DNA of 64,000 nt from Longimicrobiales bacterium (GCA_965202985.1 CBDBCF010000001.1:1056001-1120000), one strand, 5' to 3'; shown: positions 20,460 through 33,624, counted from the first letter of the stretch. The notes: generated from the sequence alone by a model not told the origin. Numbers and translations are program-made.

Positions 20460-21920
20460 CTACCGCGTGTAGATCAGCAGGACGCCGTTGGCGCCGCGCT
20501 GGCCGTAGAGCAGGCCGGCCTCCAGGGGCGAGATGAACTGCATCGACTTGATGTCCTGGGGGTTCACCTCGAGCAGGAAGAAGGCGGCGTCGCTTCCCGC
20601 CGGGGCGTCGTTGATCCGCACGTCCACCATGTTGCAGGCGTTGGAGTTGCCGCCGGCGCGGGCGCGGGCCATCTCCACGCAGACGCCCATCCGCGGATTG
20701 CCGAAGGCGTCGGACATGTAGCGCTCGGTGATCGTCACGCCGGGCGTGCGGGCCGCGCGGGCCAGCGTGGCGAAGTCGAAGACCCGGGGCGCGATCGAGT
20801 CCACCTGCGCCTCGGTCAGCCCCGAGAAGCGGGTGCCGGGGGTCGTCAGCACCAAGTCGCGGCGGCGGCCCGTCACCACCAGCGGCTCCAGCACGATCGC
20901 CTCGGTGGAGAGGGCGATCTCCAGTCCCAGCGCCTCTCGGCTGAAGACGGTCAGCGAATCCACCCGCGGGGCGTAGCCCAGCATCTCCGTTTGGACGACC
21001 TGCCGACCGGGCGGCACGCCGACGAAGCCGAACTGGCCCGCCGTGTCCGTGAAGGTGAGGTACTCGGTGCCCGCCAAGCGGACCTGCGCGCCGATCAGCG
21101 GCGCCTCGGTGGCCCAGTCGTGAACGGTCCCGGCAATGCTGACCGGTTCGGAGATCGAGATCACCAAGTCGAGCACCTGCGGCCCCCGCCGGACGACCTC
21201 TACGGGCAGCGCCCGGTTGGACCCGAAGACAGCCTGGATCGTGATGCCCGACCCCATCTCCAGGTTGCACAGCCGGTAGTCGCCCGCGTCCTCGGCAACC
21301 GACTCGACCAACACTCGGGGACGCCGCAGCACGCCCGTCGGTTCGCCCAGCACGGCCACCCTGGCGCCCGGCAGCGGCACCCCCGTCAGCGCGTCGGTCA
21401 CGACGCCGCCCACCGAGGTGTCGCCCGCGCCGGGCTCGCCCGAGCACCACGCCCCCAGGATCGTGGCCCTCGAAGGCACCGACAGGTAGACCTCCGCCAC
21501 CGTTCGGTCGGACACCAAGATCCGCTGCTGGGAGCCGTTCACGCCCAGTGCGCCCAGCCGGGGGTGGAAGAACGACACCACGCGCTCGCCGGCGGGGACC
21601 CCTTCCAGGCGGAACTGCCCGTCCGGGCCGGTCTCGGCCATGGCGGAGGTGCCCAGGATCGCCACGCGGGCGCTGGCCAAGGGGGCGCTCGAGGTGCTGT
21701 CGTACACCAGCCCCACGACGGTGCCGACCGTCTCCTCCTGGCCGGACGCGGGGGCGAACGCCGCCAGCACGGCCAAAAGCGGCAGGGCCGGGGCGAGCGC
21801 GGTCGCGCAGCGGAGGCGAAGGCGAAGGCGGGCGCTGGCTGGGCCTGGCCGACGACCCCGAGCGGCAGGCAGTGACGCGGCCGGGGTTCGGAAACGGGAG
21901 CGGGCGTTCGTGGCGTTCAT
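20460..21920 (-). CDS. Exported protein with tandem carboxypeptidase-regulatory-like (SusC N-terminal-like) domains and a TonB-receptor plug-like C-terminus, without a barrel
   Basis: Three repeats of G-x-V-x-D...PL-x-(G/S)A-x-V. LEPLVVTG. Terminal DIKSMQFISPLEAGLLYGQRGANGVLLIYTR. Confidence 0.75.
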   Translation of the reverse strand: MNATNARSRFRTPAASLPAARGRRPGPASARLRLRLRCATALAPALPLLAVLAAFAPASGQEETVGTVVGLVYDSTSSAPLASARVAILGTSAMAETGPDGQFRLEGVPAGERVVSFFHPRLGALGVNGSQQRILVSDRTVAEVYLSVPSRATILGAWCSGEPGAGDTSVGGVVTDALTGVPLPGARVAVLGEPTGVLRRPRVLVESVAEDAGDYRLCNLEMGSGITIQAVFGSNRALPVEVVRRGPQVLDLVISISEPVSIAGTVHDWATEAPLIGAQVRLAGTEYLTFTDTAGQFGFVGVPPGRQVVQTEMLGYAPRVDSLTVFSREALGLEIALSTEAIVLEPLVVTGRRRDLVLTTPGTRFSGLTEAQVDSIAPRVFDFATLARAARTPGVTITERYMSDAFGNPRMGVCVEMARARAGGNSNACNMVDVRINDAPAGSDAAFFLLEVNPQDIKSMQFISPLEAGLLYGQRGANGVLLIYTR

Positions 21921-22007
21921 GTCCTATCATACGTTCCAAGAAATCGATCGTTGCGCAAGTATATTTCGGGCGGCGTGCGCCGCGCGGGCGCGCCCGGGGG
22001 AGACGCC

Positions 22008-22742
22008 GTGGCCGGACACAGCAAGTGGGCGCAGATCAAGCGGAAGAAGGCGGCCAACGACCAGAAGCGGGGCCAAGTCTTCACCAAGCTGATCCGGGAG
22101 CTGACGGTGGCGGCCCGGGAGGGCGGCGGCGACCCGAACTTCAACCCGCGCCTGCGCCTCGCGGTGGACACGGCCAAGGCCGCCAACATGCCGCAGGACA
22201 ACATCGACCGCGCGATCAAACGGGGGACGGGCGAGCTCGAGGGCGTTTCCTACGAGGAGATCGCGTACGAGGGGTACGGCCCCGGCGGCGTGGCGCTGTA
22301 CATCGAGACGCTGACGGACAACCAGAAGCGGACGGTGGCGGCGGTGCGCCACATCTTGGACAAGAACGGCGGCAACTTGGGGACCGCCGGGTCGGTGGCG
22401 TGGCAGTTCGACCGCAAGGGCATGATCTGCGTGAGCGCGACGGACGCGGAAGAGGACGCGGTCTTCGAGGCGGCGGCAGAGGCGGGCGCCGACGACGTGA
22501 CGCTCCAGGCCGGCGAGTACGTGGTGACCACGAAGCCGGGCGACCTGCACGGGGTGCGACGGATGCTGGACGCGGCGGGGATGCCCCCGGCGTCGGCCCA
22601 GCTGGTGATGGTGGCCAAGAACGACGTGGCCGTGACGGGGCGCGAGGGCGTGCGGCTTCTCAAGCTGCTGGAGGCCCTGGACGACCACGAGGATGTGCAG
22701 CAGGTCCACTCGAACGCCGATCTGGACGAGAGTCTGCTGTGA
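22008..22742 (+). CDS. yebC: YebC/PmpR family protein
   Basis: GTG AGHSKWAQIKRKK, YEGYGPGG, TDNQKRT and DVQQVHSN. Confidence 0.97.
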   Translation: MAGHSKWAQIKRKKAANDQKRGQVFTKLIRELTVAAREGGGDPNFNPRLRLAVDTAKAANMPQDNIDRAIKRGTGELEGVSYEEIAYEGYGPGGVALYIETLTDNQKRTVAAVRHILDKNGGNLGTAGSVAWQFDRKGMICVSATDAEEDAVFEAAAEAGADDVTLQAGEYVVTTKPGDLHGVRRMLDAAGMPPASAQLVMVAKNDVAVTGREGVRLLKLLEALDDHEDVQQVHSNADLDESLL

Positions 22743-23356
22743 GCCCAGGGACCGGCGCGGGGCCGGCGTCCTTGGGCGGGACCGGCGCGCACGCCGGCGC
22801 GGCAGCGGCGCCGTTGGGCGAAGGCGACGCGAACACCGGCTGCGGCGGCGGCGAAGTCGGACCGCCGGTGGGCGCCCGGGTGCTCCTGGGCGTGGACCCG
22901 GGGACCGCTGTCACGGGGTTCGGCGTGGTTCGCGTAGATCGGCGGCGACGGGCGGCGCTCTTGCAGTGCGGGGTTGTGCGCACGTCGGCCGGGGCGGCGC
23001 TGTCCGTCCGGCTTCGGCAGATCCACGAGGCCATGGCGGAGCTGCTGGCCGAGTTTCGCCCCGTCGCCATGTCGATCGAGAACGTCTTCCAGGGCAAGAA
23101 CGCGCGGTCGGCGCTGACGCTGGGGCACGCCCGGGGCGTGATCATACTGGCCGCGGCGCTCGAGGACGTGAAGGTATTCGAGTACGCGCCCCGCGAGATC
23201 AAGCGAGCCGTTGCGGGGACGGGCTCCGCCACGAAGGACCAGGTCGCATACATGGTGCAGCGCCACCTGCGACTTCGCTCCGCACCCCGGCCCGCCGACG
23301 CGGCCGACGGGGTGGCCGCCGCCCTTTGCCACGGCTTGAAGGGCGCTCTGCCGTGA
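22739..23356 (+). CDS. ruvC: Holliday junction resolvase RuvC with Gly/Ala-rich N-terminal extension (start uncertain)
   Basis: [26 protein letters not shown] and [12 protein letters not shown]. Confidence 0.95.
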   Translation: MSPGTGAGPASLGGTGAHAGAAAAPLGEGDANTGCGGGEVGPPVGARVLLGVDPGTAVTGFGVVRVDRRRRAALLQCGVVRTSAGAALSVRLRQIHEAMAELLAEFRPVAMSIENVFQGKNARSALTLGHARGVIILAAALEDVKVFEYAPREIKRAVAGTGSATKDQVAYMVQRHLRLRSAPRPADAADGVAAALCHGLKGALP

Positions 23357-23967
23357 TCAGCCGGGTCCAGGGCCGTCTGCTGGAGGCGGAGGACGGGCGG
23401 CTGGAGGTGCTGACCCGCGCCGGGGTCGCATACGAAGTGCACGTGCCGCTGACGGTGTTGCAGCGCCTGCCGGGCCAGGGAGCGGACGTGGACTTGCGGA
23501 CGGTTCTCGTGGTCCGGGACGATTCGCAGACGCTGTTCGGTTTCTTGGAGGAGCGCGAGCGGACCCTGTTCAACCGGTTGACGACGGTGCCCAAGGTGGG
23601 CGCCAAGCTGGCCGCGACGATGATGGGCACGTACAGCGCCGGGCGGCTGGCCCAGGCCCTGACGGAGCGCGACGTGAAGGCCCTGACCCGCATCGTCGGC
23701 GTGGGCAAGAAGACGGCCGAGCTGGCCGTGCTTCACTTGGCCGACAAGGTCCAGGACTTGGCGGTCGGCGACGCCGAGACCGGCCCCGAAGCCGCCCGAA
23801 ACCGCGAGGCCGTGGACGCCCTGGTGCGCCTGGGCCTCTCCTTCCCCGACGCCGACGCGGCCGTGCGCGAGGTGGCGGGCGGACCGGGCGGCCCCGAGAC
23901 GGCCGAAGAGGTGATCCGGCAGGTCCTGGCCCGGCGCCCCTCCAGCCGGAGCCGAGCCGCGACGTGA
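23353..23967 (+). CDS. ruvA: Holliday junction DNA-binding protein RuvA
   Basis: [33 protein letters not shown] and VGVGKKTA. Confidence 0.96.
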   Translation: MISRVQGRLLEAEDGRLEVLTRAGVAYEVHVPLTVLQRLPGQGADVDLRTVLVVRDDSQTLFGFLEERERTLFNRLTTVPKVGAKLAATMMGTYSAGRLAQALTERDVKALTRIVGVGKKTAELAVLHLADKVQDLAVGDAETGPEAARNREAVDALVRLGLSFPDADAAVREVAGGPGGPETAEEVIRQVLARRPSSRSRAAT

Positions 23968-25016
23968 CGACGGGCCGCACCGAGATCACGACGCCCCGGG
24001 CCCTTCCCGACGAGTCCGCCCCCGAGGAATCGCTGCGCCCGGCCAGCCTGTCCGAGTTCGTCGGGCAGGACAAGGTCCGCGAATCCCTTCGCATTGCGGT
24101 CGAAGCGGCCCGCCAGCGCCGCGAGCCGCTGGACCACCTGCTCTTTCACGGGCCGCCGGGGCTGGGCAAGACGACGCTGGCATCGCTCATGGCCCGCGAA
24201 ATGGGGGCCAGCATCAAGACGACCTCGGGACCGGTCCTGGAGAAGCCGGCGGACTTGGTCGGCGCCCTCACCAACCAGCAGCCCGGCGACATCCTCTTCA
24301 TCGACGAGATCCACCGCCTGCGGCCCGTCATCGAAGAGTTCCTGTATCCGGCCATGGAAGACTTCCGAGTCGAGATCCGCCTTTCGGAAGGCCCGAACGC
24401 CCAGACGATGACGATGGCGGTGGAGCCGTTCACCTTGGTGGGCGCGACCACGCGCTTCGGGCTACTGACCGCGCCGATGCGGGCTCGCTTCGGGATCATC
24501 GAGCGGCTGGGCTTCTACTCCCACGACCAGTTGGCGCGGATCGTCGAGCGCAGCGCACGCATTCTGAAGTTGGCGTCCACCGCCGAGGGCGCTCGCGAGC
24601 TGGCGGAGCGCGCCCGCGGAACCCCGCGAGTGGCCAACCGCCTGCTGCGCCGGGTACGCGACTACGCCCAGGTTCGGGCCGACGGCGTGCTCGACCGGAA
24701 GGTGGTGCGCGACGCCTTGCAGCTGCTGAACGTGGACGAATACGGGCTGGACAGCATGGACTCGCGCATCCTGTCCACGATCGTGGAGAACTTCGGCGGC
24801 GGTCCGGTCGGGCTGAACTCGCTGGCCGTGGCGATCGGCGAAGACGCGGGCACCATCGAAGAGGTGTACGAGCCCTACCTGATCCAAGAGGGGTTCATGA
24901 TGCGCGGACCTCGCGGGCGAATCGCCACTGCCAAGGCGTACGAGCGCCTGGGGATCGAGCCGCCCCGGCAGGCGGCCGCCGAGGCGGAGCGCGCCCAGGG
25001 GGCTCTCGAGTTCTGA
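23964..25016 (+). CDS. ruvB: Holliday junction branch migration helicase RuvB
   Basis: [29 protein letters not shown] and [16 protein letters not shown]. Confidence 0.98.
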   Translation: MTTGRTEITTPRALPDESAPEESLRPASLSEFVGQDKVRESLRIAVEAARQRREPLDHLLFHGPPGLGKTTLASLMAREMGASIKTTSGPVLEKPADLVGALTNQQPGDILFIDEIHRLRPVIEEFLYPAMEDFRVEIRLSEGPNAQTMTMAVEPFTLVGATTRFGLLTAPMRARFGIIERLGFYSHDQLARIVERSARILKLASTAEGARELAERARGTPRVANRLLRRVRDYAQVRADGVLDRKVVRDALQLLNVDEYGLDSMDSRILSTIVENFGGGPVGLNSLAVAIGEDAGTIEEVYEPYLIQEGFMMRGPRGRIATAKAYERLGIEPPRQAAAEAERAQGALEF

Positions 25017-25030
25017 CCTGGTCCCGGGCG

Positions 25031-27733
<2,703 letters not shown>

Positions 27734-27742
27734 CCGTCGCCG

Positions 27743-28276
27743 TTGGCGCGCCTGGAGATCCAGCTCTTGGGCGCTCGGGTGCTTCGGCAGGAAGCCGCTC
27801 CCGTCAAGGAAGTGACGGACGACCTTCGCCGCCTGGCCCGAGACATGTTCGAGACCATGTACCACGCCGAAGGGGTCGGACTGGCGGCGCCCCAGGTCGG
27901 CGTGTCCCAGCGGCTGTTCGTGGTGGACGTGCCCGAGCGCGCCGAGGGCGGGGGCGAGCCGGTGCGCCATGTGCACGCGCTGGTCAACCCCGTGATCGTG
28001 TCGTCCAGCGCCGAGACCGCCAAGGACACGGAAGGCTGCCTGAGCATCCCGGGGTTCGAGGAGTCGGTGACCCGGCCCGCCCAGGTGGTGGTCGAGGCCC
28101 AGTCGCTGGACGGCGCCCCGGTGCGCATCGAGGCGGACGGGATGCTGGCCCGAGTCCTGCAACACGAGGCCGATCACCTGGACGGCATCCTGTTCATCGA
28201 CCGCCTGTCGCCCCTGAAACGAAGCCTGATCCGCAAGAAGTGGCGCAAGAGTCGAGAGACCGGCCGGGACGGGTAG
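27743..28276 (+). CDS. def: Peptide deformylase
   Basis: GVGLAAPQVG, EGCLS and QHEADHLDG. Confidence 0.97.
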   Translation: MARLEIQLLGARVLRQEAAPVKEVTDDLRRLARDMFETMYHAEGVGLAAPQVGVSQRLFVVDVPERAEGGGEPVRHVHALVNPVIVSSSAETAKDTEGCLSIPGFEESVTRPAQVVVEAQSLDGAPVRIEADGMLARVLQHEADHLDGILFIDRLSPLKRSLIRKKWRKSRETGRDG

Positions 28277-28349
28277 GCTCCCGCCGCGAAGGCGCGAGGC
28301 CACTGCCCGACACCGGCTCGTCGCGCCGCGCAGGGCTGGACCGCGAGGC

Positions 28350-29333
28350 GTGAGGGTCCTCTTCTGGGGGACGCCGGAGTTCGCGCTGCCCGCACTTCGC
28401 GCGCTGGAGGCGGCTGGGCACGAGGTGGCGGCAGTGGTCACGCGGCCGGACCGCCCCCGGGGCCGAGGCCGCAAGGTGCAACCTTCGCCGGTGAAGCGCT
28501 TCGCCCAGGCTCGGGGCTGGCCCGTGCTTGCGCCCGAGAGCCCGCGAGGGGCCGAGTTCGTGGATTCGCTCCGGGAACTCGCGCCTTGCGTGTCCGTGGT
28601 CGTGGCCTACGGCCGCATCTTGCCCCAGCGCGTGCTGGACCTGCCGGCCCTGGGATCGGTGAACGTGCACGCTTCGCTGCTGCCAGCGCTGCGCGGAGCG
28701 GCGCCCGTGGCGTGGGCGATCGCGCGCGGGCATCGGCGGACAGGCGTGACCGTGATGCGGATGGTGGAAGAGATGGATGCGGGTCCGGTGCTGGCGCGGC
28801 GCGCGCTGCCGATCGAGCCCGACGACACGGGATCGGCGCTGTCCCGGCGGCTGTCGGACGCCGGTGCCCGGTTGCTCGTCGAGACGCTGGACGGGCTGGC
28901 CGCGGGCTCGGTCCCGGAGGAAGAGCAGGACCACACAGCCGCCACCTACGCCCCCAAGGTGGACCGCGCGTCGGCCCGCGTGGACTGGTCCCGAGACGCC
29001 GTCGCCGTGGCCGACCTGATCCGCGCCATGGACGACGCCCCCGGCGCCTGGACGCTGCTGCACGGCCGGCCGGTGAAGGTGTTCGGGGCGGTGGCGGCGG
29101 ATGGGGTTGCGGGCGAACGCGACACCAGCGCTGGCGATGACGCCCCAGCCGGCAGCGCGCCTCCTTTGCCGGGGCGAATTGCGGTTGCGGACCCCCGCCG
29201 GGGCTTGCTCGTACAGGTCGGTGACGGCGCGAGGCTTTGGATTGCCGAAGTCCAGCCGCCGGGCAAGCGCCGCATGGCTGCGACAGATTGGGTGCGGGGC
29301 CGGGGCGTCCGTGCCGGCGAGCACTTCGAGTAG
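28350..29333 (+). CDS. fmt: Methionyl-tRNA formyltransferase
   Basis: FWGTPEFA, VVAYGRIL, NVHASLLP, MDAGP and VQPPGKR. Confidence 0.97.
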   Translation: MRVLFWGTPEFALPALRALEAAGHEVAAVVTRPDRPRGRGRKVQPSPVKRFAQARGWPVLAPESPRGAEFVDSLRELAPCVSVVVAYGRILPQRVLDLPALGSVNVHASLLPALRGAAPVAWAIARGHRRTGVTVMRMVEEMDAGPVLARRALPIEPDDTGSALSRRLSDAGARLLVETLDGLAAGSVPEEEQDHTAATYAPKVDRASARVDWSRDAVAVADLIRAMDDAPGAWTLLHGRPVKVFGAVAADGVAGERDTSAGDDAPAGSAPPLPGRIAVADPRRGLLVQVGDGARLWIAEVQPPGKRRMAATDWVRGRGVRAGEHFE

Positions 29334-29337
29334 CGGA

Positions 29338-30042
29338 GTGACGAACCGGCCGTCGGTTCCCCGGCTTCACGTGATCGTGCCGGACCCCTTGCTGGACGAC
29401 CCGGACCATCGGAAGCGCTTGACCCCTGTGCTGGAGGCGGGCGGCAACGCCTTGGCGCTTCAGCTGCGGGCGCGCCGGACGTCCGCTCGAAAGCTCTACG
29501 AGGTGGCCGAATGGCTGATGCGGCACGCGGCAGACGTGGGCGGCACCGGCGTGGGCGGGCGCGACGAATCGGCGCCCCGTGGCCCCGTGGTTCTCGTCAA
29601 CGATCGCCTGGACGTGGCGTTGGCCGCGGGGGCCGGCGGCGTCCATCTGCGGGAGGACTCGATGCCGCCTCTCGATGCACGAGCCCTGGTCGGTCCGTCC
29701 GTGCTGCTGGGTCGTTCGGTGCACTCCGCTGACGCCGTCACGGAGCTTGGCGGCCAGGTGGACTACCTGATCCTGGGCGCCACCCACGCCACCCGTTCGC
29801 ATCCGGGCTGCGCGCCGTTGGGTCCCCAAGCCGTGGCCGCCGCCGCCCGGTCTTCGCCCGCGCCCGTCGTCGCCATCGGCGGGATTACGCCGAGGCGCGC
29901 GGCATCGTTGGTGCGCTCAGGAGTTCACGGCGTTGCGGTCATGAGCGGGATCTGGCGCGCAACCAACCCCGCAGGCGCCGTTGGGCGGCATCTGGACGCG
30001 GTGCGCAACAGCATCGCGGATCGAAGAAACTGCAAGCGCTGA
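29338..30042 (+). CDS. Thiamine phosphate synthase / TenI family protein
   Basis: LQLR, VNDRLDVA, GVHL, GRSVHS, DYLILG, VAIGGI and GVAVMSGI. Several ThiE catalytic positions are atypical. Confidence 0.85.
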   Translation: MTNRPSVPRLHVIVPDPLLDDPDHRKRLTPVLEAGGNALALQLRARRTSARKLYEVAEWLMRHAADVGGTGVGGRDESAPRGPVVLVNDRLDVALAAGAGGVHLREDSMPPLDARALVGPSVLLGRSVHSADAVTELGGQVDYLILGATHATRSHPGCAPLGPQAVAAAARSSPAPVVAIGGITPRRAASLVRSGVHGVAVMSGIWRATNPAGAVGRHLDAVRNSIADRRNCKR

Positions 30043-30061
30043 GCGGCGAGCCGGCGGCGTC

Positions 30062-31615
30062 CTACATCCCCCAGATCGTTACGGTCGCAATGCCGATCCG
30101 TTCGGTTCGACGAAACACTTTCTCTTCCCAACTGCGGTCGGGGCTGCGGTCGAACACTATCAAATGGCCCGATTCGGCGCCGCAGCGATCCATGTACGCC
30201 GCCGTCTGCTCGGCGCCCTTGCGGACGACGGCGTCCAGCCCGTCGCGCGCCCGGCGCAATTTGCACTCGACCACGAACTTGCGAGCAACGCCGGCGTGCC
30301 GCCACAGCACCAGCAGATCGGTGCGCCCGCGTCCAAGGCCATACTCGCGCTCTATGCGTCCGCCGCTGTTGACCACCCTTTGCAAGAAAGCCTGCAACAG
30401 AAGCTGCGGCCAAGCCTCCTGATACAGGAACCGCTCCGACCAGTGTTCCGAGTGTTCGCGAAAGAACTCCTGGAACGCGGCGAGCAACTTGGGCATGTCC
30501 AAGGCGCCGGCGGCGGTCACGTACCACGCCGCGTCTTGCGTCAGCCCCTCCTGGGCGGCCAGGGTCAGCTCGCGGGGCACGACTTCTGCGTAGATGGGGT
30601 TGGCAATGCGCAAGGGGACGTCTTGCGCAACCAGCCCCAAGTCCCGCGCGTACTCCAAGTCCCTTGCGCTGAACTCCTGTTTGTCGCCCCCGCTCAGAAT
30701 CGGTTCGATCACGCGCCTTACGCGTTGTTGACGAAGCTTGTCGGCCAGCTGGTCCAAGTGCGTCTGTCGACGCAAGATGACGCGTTCTTCGGCATCCTCG
30801 ACGTCGACCTCGCGGATCGCGCGCGACCGATCGCGGTCGGCCTCGCCGGCACGACACGCTTCCGATGCAAGGGCGTTGACCAGCCAGGGCTGACCTCGGG
30901 TCCTGTTCCATATCCGCTGCACCGCCGCGGGAGCAAAGTCTTGTCCGGTCTCTTCGACGTGCTGAGCGAGCAGCGCCTCGACCTGACGCCTCGAGAAGTC
31001 GCCCAGGCGCAAGGACGTGGCCATAATGTTGAAGGGGCTTCCGCCGGACTCGATGCGATAGTCGCGCACGTCTCGCAATCCGCACAGGACAATGCTGTGG
31101 GGAAAAGCAGTCGGTCTGCGGTCGTACCCCGAACGCAGCTGGCGAAGCACGGAGAGCAAAGTGTTGCCGACCAGAGAGTCGATTTCGTCGATGAGCACGA
31201 CGAGCGGCTTGTCGGCGTTCGTCGCCCACTGGCTTAGGCAACCGCCCAAGGCGTTCCCGGCGCCGGCCCTGCCAAGGATCGCCGGCCAAGCTTCTTCCAA
31301 GAATCCGTCGCCGGCCTCCTGCGCCCTGGAAGCCAGCTCGTACAGGATCGCTCGCATCGCGGCGTCCACGTCCTCGTGCATGGCCTGTCCCGCCTCGAAG
31401 TTCGCGTAGACGCACTGGTATTCGCCGCCGGCGTTGATCAGGTCTCGAAAGGCCAACAGCACAGTCGTCTTTCCGGACTGCCGAGGAGCGTGGAGAACGA
31501 AGTAGCGCTTGTCGTGCAGAAGACGCACAAGTTCGGCCAAGTCCAGGCGCTCGAGCGGCGGCACGCAGTAATGGTCGGCGGGAACCACGGGGCCGGTCGT
31601 ATTGAAGAAGCGCAT
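30062..31615 (-). CDS. AAA-family ATPase with C-terminal PD-(D/E)XK nuclease-like domain
   Basis: MRFFNTTGP, Walker A HAPRQSGKTT, Walker B LIDEID, SPFNI, GQPWLVN and EREYGLGRGRTDL...VVECK. Confidence 0.85.
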   Translation of the reverse strand: MRFFNTTGPVVPADHYCVPPLERLDLAELVRLLHDKRYFVLHAPRQSGKTTVLLAFRDLINAGGEYQCVYANFEAGQAMHEDVDAAMRAILYELASRAQEAGDGFLEEAWPAILGRAGAGNALGGCLSQWATNADKPLVVLIDEIDSLVGNTLLSVLRQLRSGYDRRPTAFPHSIVLCGLRDVRDYRIESGGSPFNIMATSLRLGDFSRRQVEALLAQHVEETGQDFAPAAVQRIWNRTRGQPWLVNALASEACRAGEADRDRSRAIREVDVEDAEERVILRRQTHLDQLADKLRQQRVRRVIEPILSGGDKQEFSARDLEYARDLGLVAQDVPLRIANPIYAEVVPRELTLAAQEGLTQDAAWYVTAAGALDMPKLLAAFQEFFREHSEHWSERFLYQEAWPQLLLQAFLQRVVNSGGRIEREYGLGRGRTDLLVLWRHAGVARKFVVECKLRRARDGLDAVVRKGAEQTAAYMDRCGAESGHLIVFDRSPDRSWEEKVFRRTERIGIATVTIWGM

Positions 31616-31935
31616 GCGTCAATCTAACCCGAACCGCGAAACACGAGTGGCAGCGCGGCGGGCGCCAGGTCGCCCTCATCGAGTCCCGCCGTGGAGCCTC
31701 GAACGGTGGTGCGTCCGCCGGACGTGTTTCCCTCGCATCGTGGCATTGGCGCGCCGGTCGGCGGCCCTCGACGTGGTTCGTCCGCCTGCACCTCGATCAA
31801 CCCCGCGCTGTCGGGCTCGTCGTCTTCGGCCTCCAGGTCGATCCGCGCCAGGGCGGCCATCGGCAGATCCGCTTTCGCCAGGGCGGACGCGCATCCCGGA
31901 GCAGGTCGCCGGACCCGCCGCTTCCTCCGCTAGCT

Positions 31936-33624
31936 TTGAGCAACGCCGCAGCGCGCCCGCTGCCTCCGAAGCCGTCGTCCTCGCGTCCGCCGATCCGCCC
32001 CTTGTCCGTCCCTGCGTCCGTCCTGCTGGCCGTGCTCGCGGTCGCGACCGCTGCCTGGGCTCCCGGCGGGATGGAAGCGCAGGAGCCGTACTCGCCCTTG
32101 GTGCCCCGGGGCGCCGTGCGCATGGGCGTGGCGACCTCGTATTCGACGTTCTCCGGGCGCTACGGATCCCCCTCGGCCAGGGCCGGGGCGTCCACCGCGC
32201 TGGAGGAGTTGGCCGCCGGCTTCTCGGGCCCAGCGGGCACGCGGGTCTTTCCCGCGCTGTCGGCGTTCGAGGAGGCCGTGGGCGCCGCGACGGGGCAAGC
32301 CTATTCCATGAGCCTGGGGTCGCTCGAGACGGTCATGGCGAAGAACTCCGCAACGCTGCGGGCGTCCTTGGACGCGGGCGTGCTGGACTGGCTGTCGGTG
32401 GGCGTCATGGCCCCCCTGTCGCGAAGCGAGACCGAGTTCGAGATGCACTTTGCCGCCGATTCGGTCGCCGGCCCCAACGCGGGCTTCAGCCCGGCCGCAG
32501 ACGGCGGGAGTTCGGTGGCCACGTTCCTCTCGGCGCTGGGCAGTTCCATCGGCGCATTCGACGCCTTTCGGGCTCGGACCTGCTCGGACGGCCCCGACTC
32601 CGCGGCCTGCCGCGACGCCACGGCGCTGGCGGCGGATTCGCGACGCTTTCACGAAGCGGTCTCGGTCATGTACGGAAGCATGCTGGCGCCGCTCGCGTCT
32701 TCGGCGGCGGGCATGGCGCTCCAGGCGCGGCTGGAAGCGTTGGCGGGGGCGTTTCGGGCGTCGGGCGTCGGCGGCGTCCCTTCCCGGGCGCCCTTGGCCT
32801 CGGCTCCGTTGACGGCGGAGGACCTGCAGGAGCTGGCTCGCAACCCGGCGTTCGGCACCGGCGCCGCGCACCCCTTGGCCGCATGGATGTCGTTGTGGCG
32901 GCTGGGCGACATCGAGGTGCGCGCCAACGCCCGCGTGCTGGAAGTCGGCGGCGACGAGGCCGGATACCGCTTGACGGCCGGCGCAGGCGCCATGGTCAGG
33001 CTTCCCACGGGCGCCCGCGACGACCCGGCCCACTTCTTGGACATGGGGTCCGGCGACGGACAGACCGACGTGGAGCTGCGGGCGTGGACGAACGGGCAGT
33101 GGGGCGCCCGGCTGGGGCTGTGGACCGACCTCCGCTACGGCCTGCAGCTGGCCACGGTCGCGGAGCGCCGCGTCTTCGATCCGGCCTTCGCCATGCCCCC
33201 CCAGCGCACGCAGTTTAGCCTGGAGTGGGACCCGGGCGACTACTTGGTCGCCGAAGCCGCGCCCTGGTACCGGCCAGTGACGCCGATGACCGTGTTCGCC
33301 GGCTTCCGCTACTACCGCAAGGGCCGGGACGCATTCGCCTATTCCGCGGCCCCGTCGGCCGAAGACGCGGATGGGACGCCCCAGCCGACGCCGACAAGCC
33401 TTCCCGACCTGGAGGTGCTGGCGGGCGGCAGCGCGCAGTCGTCCAGCCGCATCGTCGTGGGCTTCGTGTACGCACAGTCTCGCGACTCGGGCCGCGGGCT
33501 GTTCGGCCAGCCCCTGGAGGTGCGCACGACCTACCGGCGGGTGACGGCCGGTCGGGGTGGAGTACCGGCCGCGTCGTCGCTGGAGGTGCGCTTCCGCATC
33601 TTCGTGGGGCTCTGGCAAGGCTGA
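31936..33624 (+). CDS. Exported hypothetical protein, probable outer-membrane barrel with helical insertion
   Basis: Signal peptide (LLAVLAVATAAWA...AQ), LGDIEVRA, GSGDGQTDVEL and amphipathic strands ending LEVRFRIFVGLW. Host-like codon usage. Confidence 0.65.
   Translation: MSNAAARPLPPKPSSSRPPIRPLSVPASVLLAVLAVATAAWAPGGMEAQEPYSPLVPRGAVRMGVATSYSTFSGRYGSPSARAGASTALEELAAGFSGPAGTRVFPALSAFEEAVGAATGQAYSMSLGSLETVMAKNSATLRASLDAGVLDWLSVGVMAPLSRSETEFEMHFAADSVAGPNAGFSPAADGGSSVATFLSALGSSIGAFDAFRARTCSDGPDSAACRDATALAADSRRFHEAVSVMYGSMLAPLASSAAGMALQARLEALAGAFRASGVGGVPSRAPLASAPLTAEDLQELARNPAFGTGAAHPLAAWMSLWRLGDIEVRANARVLEVGGDEAGYRLTAGAGAMVRLPTGARDDPAHFLDMGSGDGQTDVELRAWTNGQWGARLGLWTDLRYGLQLATVAERRVFDPAFAMPPQRTQFSLEWDPGDYLVAEAAPWYRPVTPMTVFAGFRYYRKGRDAFAYSAAPSAEDADGTPQPTPTSLPDLEVLAGGSAQSSSRIVVGFVYAQSRDSGRGLFGQPLEVRTTYRRVTAGRGGVPAASSLEVRFRIFVGLWQG

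Noticed and set aside
31624..31860. 78-aa minus-strand ORF upstream of the AAA-nuclease gene
   Set aside because: No recognisable motif or SD, and it overlaps the putative promoter. It may be a gene relic but cannot be supported.
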